A DNA stretch of 38,821 nucleotides from Acidobacteriota bacterium. Lineage in GTDB: Bacteria; Acidobacteriota; Terriglobia; Acidiferrales; 2-02-FULL-67-57. The stretch is from positions 1-38,821 of the forward strand of contig JACPRL010000183.1 of NCBI GenBank assembly GCA_016189965.1, given 5' to 3'. This document shows, piece by piece, positions 31,656 to 38,821 of this stretch. The position numbers were made by a program, and so were the translations under genes. The notes under the pieces are model-generated. The model worked only from the letters and a program-made list of their open reading frames with translations, searched no databases and was not told where the DNA came from. How positions within the stretch are numbered: the stretch's first letter is position 1; each line of letters starts with the position of its first letter.

Positions 31656-32732
31656 TCATCGCCGCTCGACCACGCGGCGGTCGGCCAGGGCCGCGTCGAC
31701 CGCCTGCCAGACATCTTCTACGCCTACGCGCGTCATGCAGCGATGATCCACGGGACACTGGCGCAGAAAGCAGGGGCTGCAAGAGACCGGATGCTTCACC
31801 ACCCGCGCCCGCGCGTTCAACGGCCCGGTGCCCGCCTCGTCGCTCGGCCCGAAGATGATTACCTGCGGCAATCCAACTCCGGCCGCCAGGTGCATCGCTC
31901 CCGAGTCGTTGCCGATGAACAGGTCCACCGAAGCCAGCAAGGCGAGAAACTCTTCGAGTGTAGTTTGCCCGACGAGCGAGATCGGCTTGGTTCGCATGCG
32001 GGCGGCAATCGCCTCGCCGAGCGATGCCTCGGCGGAAGTGCCGCAGAGTAGCACAGCGGCGTCGTAGGCCTCAGCCAAGCGGTCGGCCAGCGCGGCAAAG
32101 CGTTCGGGCAGCCAGCACTTGGCTGAGCCGTAGGCGGCGCCGGGGGCGATGACTACCCGCAGGTCCGAGCCCTCGCCGAGGCCCAACGCGCGCAGACGTT
32201 GCCGCAGGCGCTCGCCCGCCGCCGCCGACGGCTCGAGCCGAATCTCGCCAATGACCGGCAAAGAGCCAAGCCAGCCCGCGCGCCGCAACAACTCCAGGTA
32301 GTAATAGGTTTCGTGCGGCGGAATGTCCGCCGGCTTGGGCACAGCAATGGCTTCAGTCAGCAAGAGGCGGCGGGCGTCGCGCGCATAGCCCACGCGGCGG
32401 GGAATCCCGGCGCGGAAGGCCAGCCAGGCAGCTTGAAAGGCGTTCTGGAAAAGCACCGCCAGGTCGAAGCGCTCGCGTCGGAGCTCGGCGGCCAGGCGCT
32501 CGAGGCCGGCAAGGCCGCGGTGGCGCCCGCGATGGTCAAAGACGAGCACGCGGTTGACGCCGGCGACGCTGGCGTAGAGCCCGGCCACGCTGGGCCGCGC
32601 CAGCACCGTGATGTCGGCTGCAGGAAACTTCTCCCGCAGCTTGCGCAGCGCCGGCAGCGACATCACCGCATCGCCCACCCAGTTCGGCACCCGAACCAGA
32701 ATCTTCTCGGCGTCGGTGATAGTTGCGGGCAT
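31656..32732 (-). CDS. waaF: LPS heptosyltransferase II (GT9)
   Basis: PNWVGDAVMSLPALRKL N-terminus and GNDSGAMHLAAGVGLPQVIIFGPSD motif. Confidence 0.85.
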   Translation of the reverse strand: MPATITDAEKILVRVPNWVGDAVMSLPALRKLREKFPAADITVLARPSVAGLYASVAGVNRVLVFDHRGRHRGLAGLERLAAELRRERFDLAVLFQNAFQAAWLAFRAGIPRRVGYARDARRLLLTEAIAVPKPADIPPHETYYYLELLRRAGWLGSLPVIGEIRLEPSAAAGERLRQRLRALGLGEGSDLRVVIAPGAAYGSAKCWLPERFAALADRLAEAYDAAVLLCGTSAEASLGEAIAARMRTKPISLVGQTTLEEFLALLASVDLFIGNDSGAMHLAAGVGLPQVIIFGPSDEAGTGPLNARARVVKHPVSCSPCFLRQCPVDHRCMTRVGVEDVWQAVDAALADRRVVERR

Positions 32733-32734
32733 GT

Positions 32735-33796
32735 TCAGGCTGCGCTCGCCTCCAGGCGCTCGGCCACGGCGGCAAAGAAGCCGGCTTCGTCATCGAGCAC
32801 CAGTTCCATCCGGCAATAAAAGGTCGGCGGGAGGCTCGGTGGCACCACAGTGAGATTGATCAGGTCTTTCTCCGTCGTCAGCAGCACGCGCGCGCCGGCG
32901 CGGTCGGCAAGCCGGATGATGTGGCGGAAGTCCTCGATGCCATACCGATGATGGTCGGCGAAGGCCAGCGTGGCGGCCAGGTTGAAACCGTCGCGGCGCA
33001 GGTCATCCCAGAAGGCCTCCGGGTTCCCCAGGCCGCAAAAGGCGAGCGCCGGCTGCTGCTTGAGAACGAAGAGATTGGCCGGGCGGTGCGAGGCGGCGTC
33101 AAAGACCCCACTCAGGCGAGTTACGGCGCGAAAAGCCGGCGCCTGCGGGTTCCAGCGGCGCACCGCGGCGACAACTTCTGGCGGAACCGAGTTGTGCGCC
33201 CGGGTGAACACAATCATGTCGGCGCGGCGCAGGGCTTCCAGCGGCTCCCGCAGGCGTCCGGCGGGCAAGACGGCGCCTTCGCCGAGGGGGTCGGTGACGT
33301 CAATCAGCACCAAGTCGAGGTCGCGGGCCAAGTGCAGGTGCTGGAAGCCGTCATCGAGCAGGAACACCTGCGGCGGCCTCGGCGCTTCCATCGCCAAAAT
33401 TTTCTGGGCGACGGCAAAGCGGTCCTCACCGATGCCGATGGTCACGTCGGGCAGATGGCGGGCCAGCAGAATGGGTTCGTCGCCCATCAGTTCCGGCGTG
33501 TAGCGGGAGACTTCGCCCTGCCCGTTGATGACCAGCGGCAGGCGCTCGCGACGCCCGTAGCCGCGGGTCAGAATCGCCACCTGCGTCCCGCGCTGGCGCA
33601 GCCCGGCGGCCAGGCGCAGCACCAGCGGTGTTTTCCCCGTCCCGCCCACCGTCAGGTTGCCGATGCTGATGACCTTGGCCGGCAGCCGCTGCGAGCGGAG
33701 CCAGCCCCGTTCATAGGCCGCCGCTCGCGCGCGCATCAGAGCGGCATAGAGTTGTTCCAGCGGCCAGAGAAGCCAGCGCATCCAGCGAGGCCACAT
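32735..33796 (-). CDS. lpxK: tetraacyldisaccharide 4'-kinase
   Basis: P-loop GNLTVGGTGKTP. 353 aa. Its start overlaps the waaA stop by 1 nt. Confidence 0.92.
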   Translation of the reverse strand: MWPRWMRWLLWPLEQLYAALMRARAAAYERGWLRSQRLPAKVISIGNLTVGGTGKTPLVLRLAAGLRQRGTQVAILTRGYGRRERLPLVINGQGEVSRYTPELMGDEPILLARHLPDVTIGIGEDRFAVAQKILAMEAPRPPQVFLLDDGFQHLHLARDLDLVLIDVTDPLGEGAVLPAGRLREPLEALRRADMIVFTRAHNSVPPEVVAAVRRWNPQAPAFRAVTRLSGVFDAASHRPANLFVLKQQPALAFCGLGNPEAFWDDLRRDGFNLAATLAFADHHRYGIEDFRHIIRLADRAGARVLLTTEKDLINLTVVPPSLPPTFYCRMELVLDDEAGFFAAVAERLEASAA

Positions 33797-35082
33797 CAGG
33801 CAGCAGCTCCCGGCGGCGAATTCATCAGCGCGGCGATGCGGGCGGCGGAGCGGGCCGCTGCTCCACGTTCCCGCTCGATGACGGCGCGTGCGGCCTCTCC
33901 CGCCCGCCGACAGGCGGCTGGGTCATCAAGCAAGGCCGCCAACAGAATTCCCAACTCGTCGCTCGAGTTGACTTGAAAAGCGCCGCGCGCTTCGAGCAGC
34001 CTCTCGGCCACGGCGCGGAAATTTTCCATCGACGGCCCGAAGATGACCGGCTTGCCCCACAGGGCGGGCTCAATGGGGTTGTGTCCGCCGCCGGCGACCA
34101 GCGAACCGCCGATGAAGGCGACCGTGGCCGCCGCGTACGTCCCAGCCAGCTCGCCCAGTGTGTCGAGCAGCACGGCGGCCGGGCGACCGTTGGGCCGAGC
34201 CCACTGGCTGCGGCGCACGAACTCAAGGCTGCGACTGGCAAGCAGCCGCGCCACGTCGTCAAACCGCTCCGGATGGCGCGGAGCGAGCACCAACAGTGGC
34301 GGGCGGCCGCCCACTTGGCGGCACATCTCGAGCGCGTCGAGAAGTTTTTCTTCCTCGGCGGCGAGCGTCGAACCGGCAACCAGAATCGGACTGCCGTAGG
34401 CCAGCGACTCTAGTTCATCGAGGAAGGCCGGCCGCGCCGGTTCGGGAAGGTCGAACTTCAGGTTTCCGCCGACGGCCACGCGCGCGGCCGGGGCGCCCAA
34501 CTCGCGCAGGCGGCGCGCGTCTTCTTCGGTCTGCATCAGGAACAGGTCAACGTGGGCCAGCACGCGGCGGAGGAAGAAGCGAAACAGACGGTAGCGGTGG
34601 AAGGAGCGGTCGGATAGGCGGCCGTTGACGAAAACGATCCGCGCCCCTTGCCGCCGCGCCTCCCGCAGGAAGTTCGGCCACATTTCGGTTTCGGCAATGA
34701 CGACGAGCGCCGGCCGGACGGCGGCGAGCAGCCGACGGCAGGCAAAGGCGAAGTCGAGCGGAAAGTAAAAGGTGGCGTCGGCGTCGAGCCGGCGCGCGGC
34801 CACTTCCTGCCCGGTGCGCGTCGTGGTGCTGACGAGCAGCTTACATCCCGGGAAGCAGGCGCGCAGTTCGCGGAGCAGCGGCGCCACGGCCAGCGCCTCG
34901 CCCACCGAAACCGCGTGCACCCAGAGAGCCCCGGGCGACGACTGGCGAACCGTCGGCGGGACTCGCCCCAGGCGCGCCCGCAGGTTGTGCAGGTATTTGT
35001 TCTGCCGCAGGCCGCGGAGCAGAAAGTAGGGGCTGGCGAGCAGCAGCGCCGCGCCCAGCATCAAACTGTAGAGAAAGTACAT
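33796..35082 (-). CDS. waaA: 3-deoxy-D-manno-octulosonic acid transferase
   Basis: WVHAVSVGE motif. The N-terminus MYFLYSLMLGAALLLASPYFLLRG aligns with the usual WaaA membrane anchor. The longer ORF start at 35118 is possible but would overlap the divergent gene. Confidence 0.88.
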   Translation of the reverse strand: MYFLYSLMLGAALLLASPYFLLRGLRQNKYLHNLRARLGRVPPTVRQSSPGALWVHAVSVGEALAVAPLLRELRACFPGCKLLVSTTTRTGQEVAARRLDADATFYFPLDFAFACRRLLAAVRPALVVIAETEMWPNFLREARRQGARIVFVNGRLSDRSFHRYRLFRFFLRRVLAHVDLFLMQTEEDARRLRELGAPAARVAVGGNLKFDLPEPARPAFLDELESLAYGSPILVAGSTLAAEEEKLLDALEMCRQVGGRPPLLVLAPRHPERFDDVARLLASRSLEFVRRSQWARPNGRPAAVLLDTLGELAGTYAAATVAFIGGSLVAGGGHNPIEPALWGKPVIFGPSMENFRAVAERLLEARGAFQVNSSDELGILLAALLDDPAACRRAGEAARAVIERERGAAARSAARIAALMNSPPGAAA

Positions 35083-35116
35083 TGCGTTCGACGCTATTAT
35101 AAGCCCGCCGCGAGTC

Positions 35117-35731
35117 ATGCGCCGAAGCTACGACATCATCGTTGCGCTCCTGACGCCTTGTGTTCTGGTCACTGCGCTCTCGGCTCACCGCGCGACCGAA
35201 ACGCCGGCCGCGGACTCGCATCAGGGCGTCACCCTGGCCGCCATTCCCGTCACGGACGAGGCGGAAGCGGAGAAGATTTTCGGAAAGAAGGCAGCGCCGC
35301 TGCGCGCTGGCGTTCTGCCGGTGGAAATTGTCATCACCAACGAGCGGGCGGAGGCGGTGCGCGTGACGCTGGAGCGGATTGAGCTGGTCACCGAACAAGA
35401 GAAGTTCGCGCAGGCCGACCCGGAGCGTGTCGGCTGGTTGCTCTATCCGCCGCCCAAGGTCACCGAGGGCTGGGAACGCGCGCGCCGCCAGCCCAAGGAC
35501 AAGGACCGAGAGAAGCGGGAGGAGGCCCAGGCGGCGCTGCGCGCCCGGCAGTTGCGCGCGGAGATGGTTCCTGCCGGCGCGTCGGCGCGCGGCTATCTCT
35601 TTTTTGAGATGGGCAAGGCAAACGTGAAGCTGGCCGAGGTGCGCCTCTACATTCCCGAGGTGGTGGTCCTGCCGGGCGAGGAGCCGTTGCTCTACTTCGA
35701 GATTGAACTCGAGCCCGACGCCCGGCCCTAG
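35117..35731 (+). CDS. secreted hypothetical protein
   Basis: 204 aa. Signal-like N-terminus MRRSYDIIVALLTPCVLVTALSAHRA. No motif recognised. Confidence 0.6.
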   Translation: MRRSYDIIVALLTPCVLVTALSAHRATETPAADSHQGVTLAAIPVTDEAEAEKIFGKKAAPLRAGVLPVEIVITNERAEAVRVTLERIELVTEQEKFAQADPERVGWLLYPPPKVTEGWERARRQPKDKDREKREEAQAALRARQLRAEMVPAGASARGYLFFEMGKANVKLAEVRLYIPEVVVLPGEEPLLYFEIELEPDARP

Positions 35732-35764
35732 CGCGGGGGCTGTGATAGAATCCCGCTTCCTTTG

Positions 35765-37966
35765 ATGTCCAATCTCCTCGACGACCTGAACCCGGCGCAA
35801 CGCCAGGCCGCGGTGGCTACCGACGGGCCGCTGCTGGTGGTGGCCGGGGCCGGCACCGGCAAGACCCGTGTCATCACCTACCGCATCGCCTATCTGATCG
35901 AGCAGGGGAAGGCCCGGCCGGAAGAGATCCTAGCCGTCACCTTCACCAACAAGGCGGCCGAAGAGATGCGCGAGCGGATCGAGCAACTGGTGCGTGGCGC
36001 GGGACCGTGGACTTCCACCTTCCACTCCTTCTGCGCGCGGCTGTTGCGCCGCGAAGCGCCGGCGGTGGGTTTGCCGCGGGACTTTTCCATCTACGACGAC
36101 GATGACCAGGAGCGGCTGGTGCGCGCCCTGCTCAAGGAGCAGGGCGAGGACGACCGGGCGTGGGTGGCGCGCGGGCTACTCGAGCGCATCAGCCGGGCGA
36201 AGATTGCCGGGCGCACGCCCGTTGACTGGGCCGAGAGCCGCAACCCGGAGGAGCGCCATCGGGCGGAAATTTTCTCCCGCTACCAGCAGGGGCTGCGGGC
36301 GGCGCGGGCGCTCGATTTCGACGACCTGTTGCTCGAGGCGGTGCGGGCGCTGGTCGAGCACCCCGAAGTGCGGCGGCGCTGGCAGCAGCGCTTCCGCTAC
36401 CTGCACGTGGACGAGTACCAGGACACCAACCGGCCGCAGTATGAACTGATCCGGTTGCTCGCCCCGCCGTCCTCGCCCAACGTCTGCGTGGTGGGCGATG
36501 AGGACCAGTCCATCTACGCCTGGCGGGGTGCTGACTACGGCAACATCTTTCGGTTCGAACAGGATTTCCCCAGCACGCGGGTCATTCTGCTGGAGCAGAA
36601 CTACCGCTCCACCCAGCCCATCCTGGACGTGGCGACCACAGTCATCCAGCACAACCTCAGCCGCAAGCCCAAAGTGCTGTGGACAGCGAGCCCGGAAGGG
36701 CCGAAGGTGCGCTTCTATGAGGTGGCCGACGCTCAGAGCGAGGCGCGGTTCGTAGCTGAGCGCCTCTGGAGCTACCAGCGCGAGGAGCCTGGCGGGCGGG
36801 CGGCGGTGCTCTATCGCACCAACGCGCAGTCGCGGCTCTATGAGGAGGCGCTGCGGCAGCTCGACCTGCGCTACCGGCTTGTGGGCGGGTTCAGCTTCTA
36901 CAAGCGGGCCGAGGTGAGAGACCTGCTGGCCTACGTGCGCGCGGCGCGCAATCCGCGCGACGAGCAGAGCGTGCTGCGCATTCTGAATGTCCCGCCGCGC
37001 GGCATCGGCCCCATGACGGTCGAAGCGCTGCGCGCCGACGCACGGGAGCGCGGGCTGAGCCTCTGGGAGGCGCTTGAGGTGAGCAGCAAGGAGCAACTCG
37101 AGCGGTTTGCCCGATTGATGCGCGGGCTGCGCGACACAATCGAGAGCAAGCCCTTTCCCGAGGCGCTGGAGGAGATTCTCCGCACCAGCGGCTATGAGAA
37201 GTGGCTGACCGAACAGGACACACCAGAGGCCGAGGGGCGGTTGGGGAACCTGCATGAACTGATCGCGGCGGCGCGGGAGAGCGAGGCGCGTGGCGAGCCG
37301 CTCGAAGAGTTCCTCGACCGCGCCGCCCTGGTGAGCGATGCCGACGACTACGACGCCGCTGCCGGCATTACCCTAATGACGTTGCACAGTGCCAAGGGCA
37401 CAGAGTTCGACACCGTGTTTCTGGTCGGCCTGGAGGAGGGCCTGCTGCCGCACAGCCGGGCGCTGGAGAGCGACGCCGACATCGAGGAGGAGCGGCGGCT
37501 CTGCTATGTGGGGATGACGCGGGCGAAGACGGAGCTCTGGCTGCTGCGGGCGCGGCAGCGGCGCTCCTGGGCGAGCGGCGAAGCCCAGGAGACCGAGGCG
37601 TCGCGCTTCCTGCGGGAAATCCCCGACGAACTGGTGGAACGGCTGGGCGAAGAAGTTTCGACGCCAGCCACAGGCGCCGGGGGTTGGACCTACGAAGTTC
37701 TCCCCGAGGAACGGAAATGGAACCAGCGGCGGCGCGAAACAAGAACACAACGCCGGTCCCGCAATCACGGCGCGCGGCCTGGTGCGCCGCGGCGGCCGAC
37801 GGATGCGCGCTATCCGCTGGGCGCGACGGTGCGGCACAGCAAGTTCGGTGAAGGCACGGTGCTGGCCATCGACGGCGACGGGCCGGAGCGCAAGATTGTG
37901 GTGAGTTTCCCCGGCTACGGGCGGAAGACGCTCGTGGAAAAATACGCCTGCCTAGAGCGTGTCTAA
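35765..37966 (+). CDS. pcrA: ATP-dependent DNA helicase, UvrD/PcrA family
   Basis: Contains AGAGTGKTRVIT, DEYQDTN, QNYRST, TLHSAKGTEFD and VGMTRAK helicase motifs. C-terminal Tudor-like tail (HSKFGEGTVL). Confidence 0.93.
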   Translation: MSNLLDDLNPAQRQAAVATDGPLLVVAGAGTGKTRVITYRIAYLIEQGKARPEEILAVTFTNKAAEEMRERIEQLVRGAGPWTSTFHSFCARLLRREAPAVGLPRDFSIYDDDDQERLVRALLKEQGEDDRAWVARGLLERISRAKIAGRTPVDWAESRNPEERHRAEIFSRYQQGLRAARALDFDDLLLEAVRALVEHPEVRRRWQQRFRYLHVDEYQDTNRPQYELIRLLAPPSSPNVCVVGDEDQSIYAWRGADYGNIFRFEQDFPSTRVILLEQNYRSTQPILDVATTVIQHNLSRKPKVLWTASPEGPKVRFYEVADAQSEARFVAERLWSYQREEPGGRAAVLYRTNAQSRLYEEALRQLDLRYRLVGGFSFYKRAEVRDLLAYVRAARNPRDEQSVLRILNVPPRGIGPMTVEALRADARERGLSLWEALEVSSKEQLERFARLMRGLRDTIESKPFPEALEEILRTSGYEKWLTEQDTPEAEGRLGNLHELIAAARESEARGEPLEEFLDRAALVSDADDYDAAAGITLMTLHSAKGTEFDTVFLVGLEEGLLPHSRALESDADIEEERRLCYVGMTRAKTELWLLRARQRRSWASGEAQETEASRFLREIPDELVERLGEEVSTPATGAGGWTYEVLPEERKWNQRRRETRTQRRSRNHGARPGAPRRPTDARYPLGATVRHSKFGEGTVLAIDGDGPERKIVVSFPGYGRKTLVEKYACLERV

Positions 37967-37978
37967 AGAAGGAGGCGC

Positions 37979-38821
37979 ATGGCTTCCGCACTGTGGCGCA
38001 CGAAAAGCATTGACCAGTTGCTGGCGGACACCCAACAGCCGGGCAAGCGCCTGAAAAAAGTCCTGGGGCCGTGGGCGCTGGTGGCGTTGGGCATCGGCGC
38101 CGTCATCGGGACAGGGGTGTGGACGCTCTCGGGCACGGCGGCGGTGGGCGTGCAGTTGGAGGTGGGTTCGGTCTGGCGCGCGCCGGTGCTCGACCTCCTG
38201 CTCCACGGCTCGGAAGCCACGGGGATTACGGGGCGGCCGGGCGCCGGGCCGGCGATTGCGCTGAGCTACCTGCTGGTGGCCATCGCCTGCGGTTTTGCCG
38301 CCCTCTGCTACGCCGAGCTGGCCTCGACCGTCCCGGTGGCCGGCAGCGCCTACACCTACAGCTACGCCACGCTCGGGGAGCTGGTGGCGTGGATCATCGG
38401 CTGGGACCTGATCCTGGAGTACGCGGTCTCAAACAGCGCCGTGGCGGTGGGCTTCAGCGGCTACCTGAACGCGTTCTTGAAGATTTTCGACGTGACGCTG
38501 CCGCGCGCGCTCGCCGAGCCCATCTTCGACAGCACGGGTGCGTACACGGGTGCCTACTTCAACCTGCCGGCGTTTCTCATCGTCATGGTCTTGACGCTGA
38601 TGCTGGTGCAGGGGATTCGGGAGAGCGCCCGCGCCAACAACATCATGGTGCTGATCAAGGTGCTGGCCATCCTGCTCTTCATCGTGGGCGCGGCGCGCTA
38701 CGTCAGCGTGGACAACCTGCGGCCGTTCGCCCCCAACGGCTTCCAGGGGGTGCTGACGGGCGCCGCGCTGGTGTTCTTCGCCTACATTGGTTTCGATTCC
38801 GTTTCGACCGCGGCCGAGGAG
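37979..38821 (+). CDS. amino acid permease (APC superfamily), 3'-truncated by the window end
   Basis: RBS AAGGAGG. MASALWRTKSIDQLL...LGPWALVALGIGAVIGTG...CYAELASTVPVAGSAYTYSYA. The frame is open to the last base. Confidence 0.88.
   Translation, partial: MASALWRTKSIDQLLADTQQPGKRLKKVLGPWALVALGIGAVIGTGVWTLSGTAAVGVQLEVGSVWRAPVLDLLLHGSEATGITGRPGAGPAIALSYLLVAIACGFAALCYAELASTVPVAGSAYTYSYATLGELVAWIIGWDLILEYAVSNSAVAVGFSGYLNAFLKIFDVTLPRALAEPIFDSTGAYTGAYFNLPAFLIVMVLTLMLVQGIRESARANNIMVLIKVLAILLFIVGAARYVSVDNLRPFAPNGFQGVLTGAALVFFAYIGFDSVSTAAEE

Noticed and set aside
1-38821. Search by eye for an integrase, transposase, recombinase or phage genes that could explain the repeat-bounded insertions, and for tRNA/rRNA/tmRNA genes.
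   Set aside because: No ORF shows tyrosine or serine recombinase motifs, or DDE motifs. No intergenic region is long or structured enough to resemble a tRNA or rRNA. This absence is based on visual inspection only.

Overview
This is a visibly GC-rich bacterial chromosomal segment. The gene content and repeat style look Acidobacteriota-like, but that is inference only. Most of the window is housekeeping: mlaFE, a perfect parS site, aroC, def-fmt, rpe, bamD, a response regulator, valS, nadC, birA, coaX, rlmD, comEC, an LPS inner-core cluster (waaA-lpxK-waaF-small ORF-waaC-ICMT-like methyltransferase), pcrA/uvrD and a partial APC permease. I recognised no rRNA, tRNA, CRISPR array, integrase or transposase. 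The accessory content sits in four places:

- **1.9-7.9 kb patch next to parS.** It holds an EVE/PUA-like ORF, a small membrane-protein cassette, an orphan gene 3' fragment, a TPR-DUF3592 pair, and a 2.5-kb segment bracketed by 95-bp direct repeats. That segment carries a cysteine-rich secreted repeat protein with an in-frame TGA.
- **GxxExxY cassette between aroC and def.** A GxxExxY (PD-(D/E)xK-fold) gene is bracketed by 30-bp inverted copies of a repeat that recurs through the window.
- **RelE/Phd toxin-antitoxin pair.** It has a promoter-overlapping palindromic operator.
- **Lower-GC membrane-protein island.** It splits the usual birA-coaX adjacency.

The most interesting candidate for an undescribed system is the GxxExxY gene together with its dispersed 10-bp-periodic CTGTG repeat family, which resembles a REP/RAYT arrangement. 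A related observation is that -10-like hexamers sit exactly 7 nt before SD-less start codons, suggesting leaderless transcripts. All domain calls come from motifs read by eye. All identity counts were made by hand. No database search was possible.
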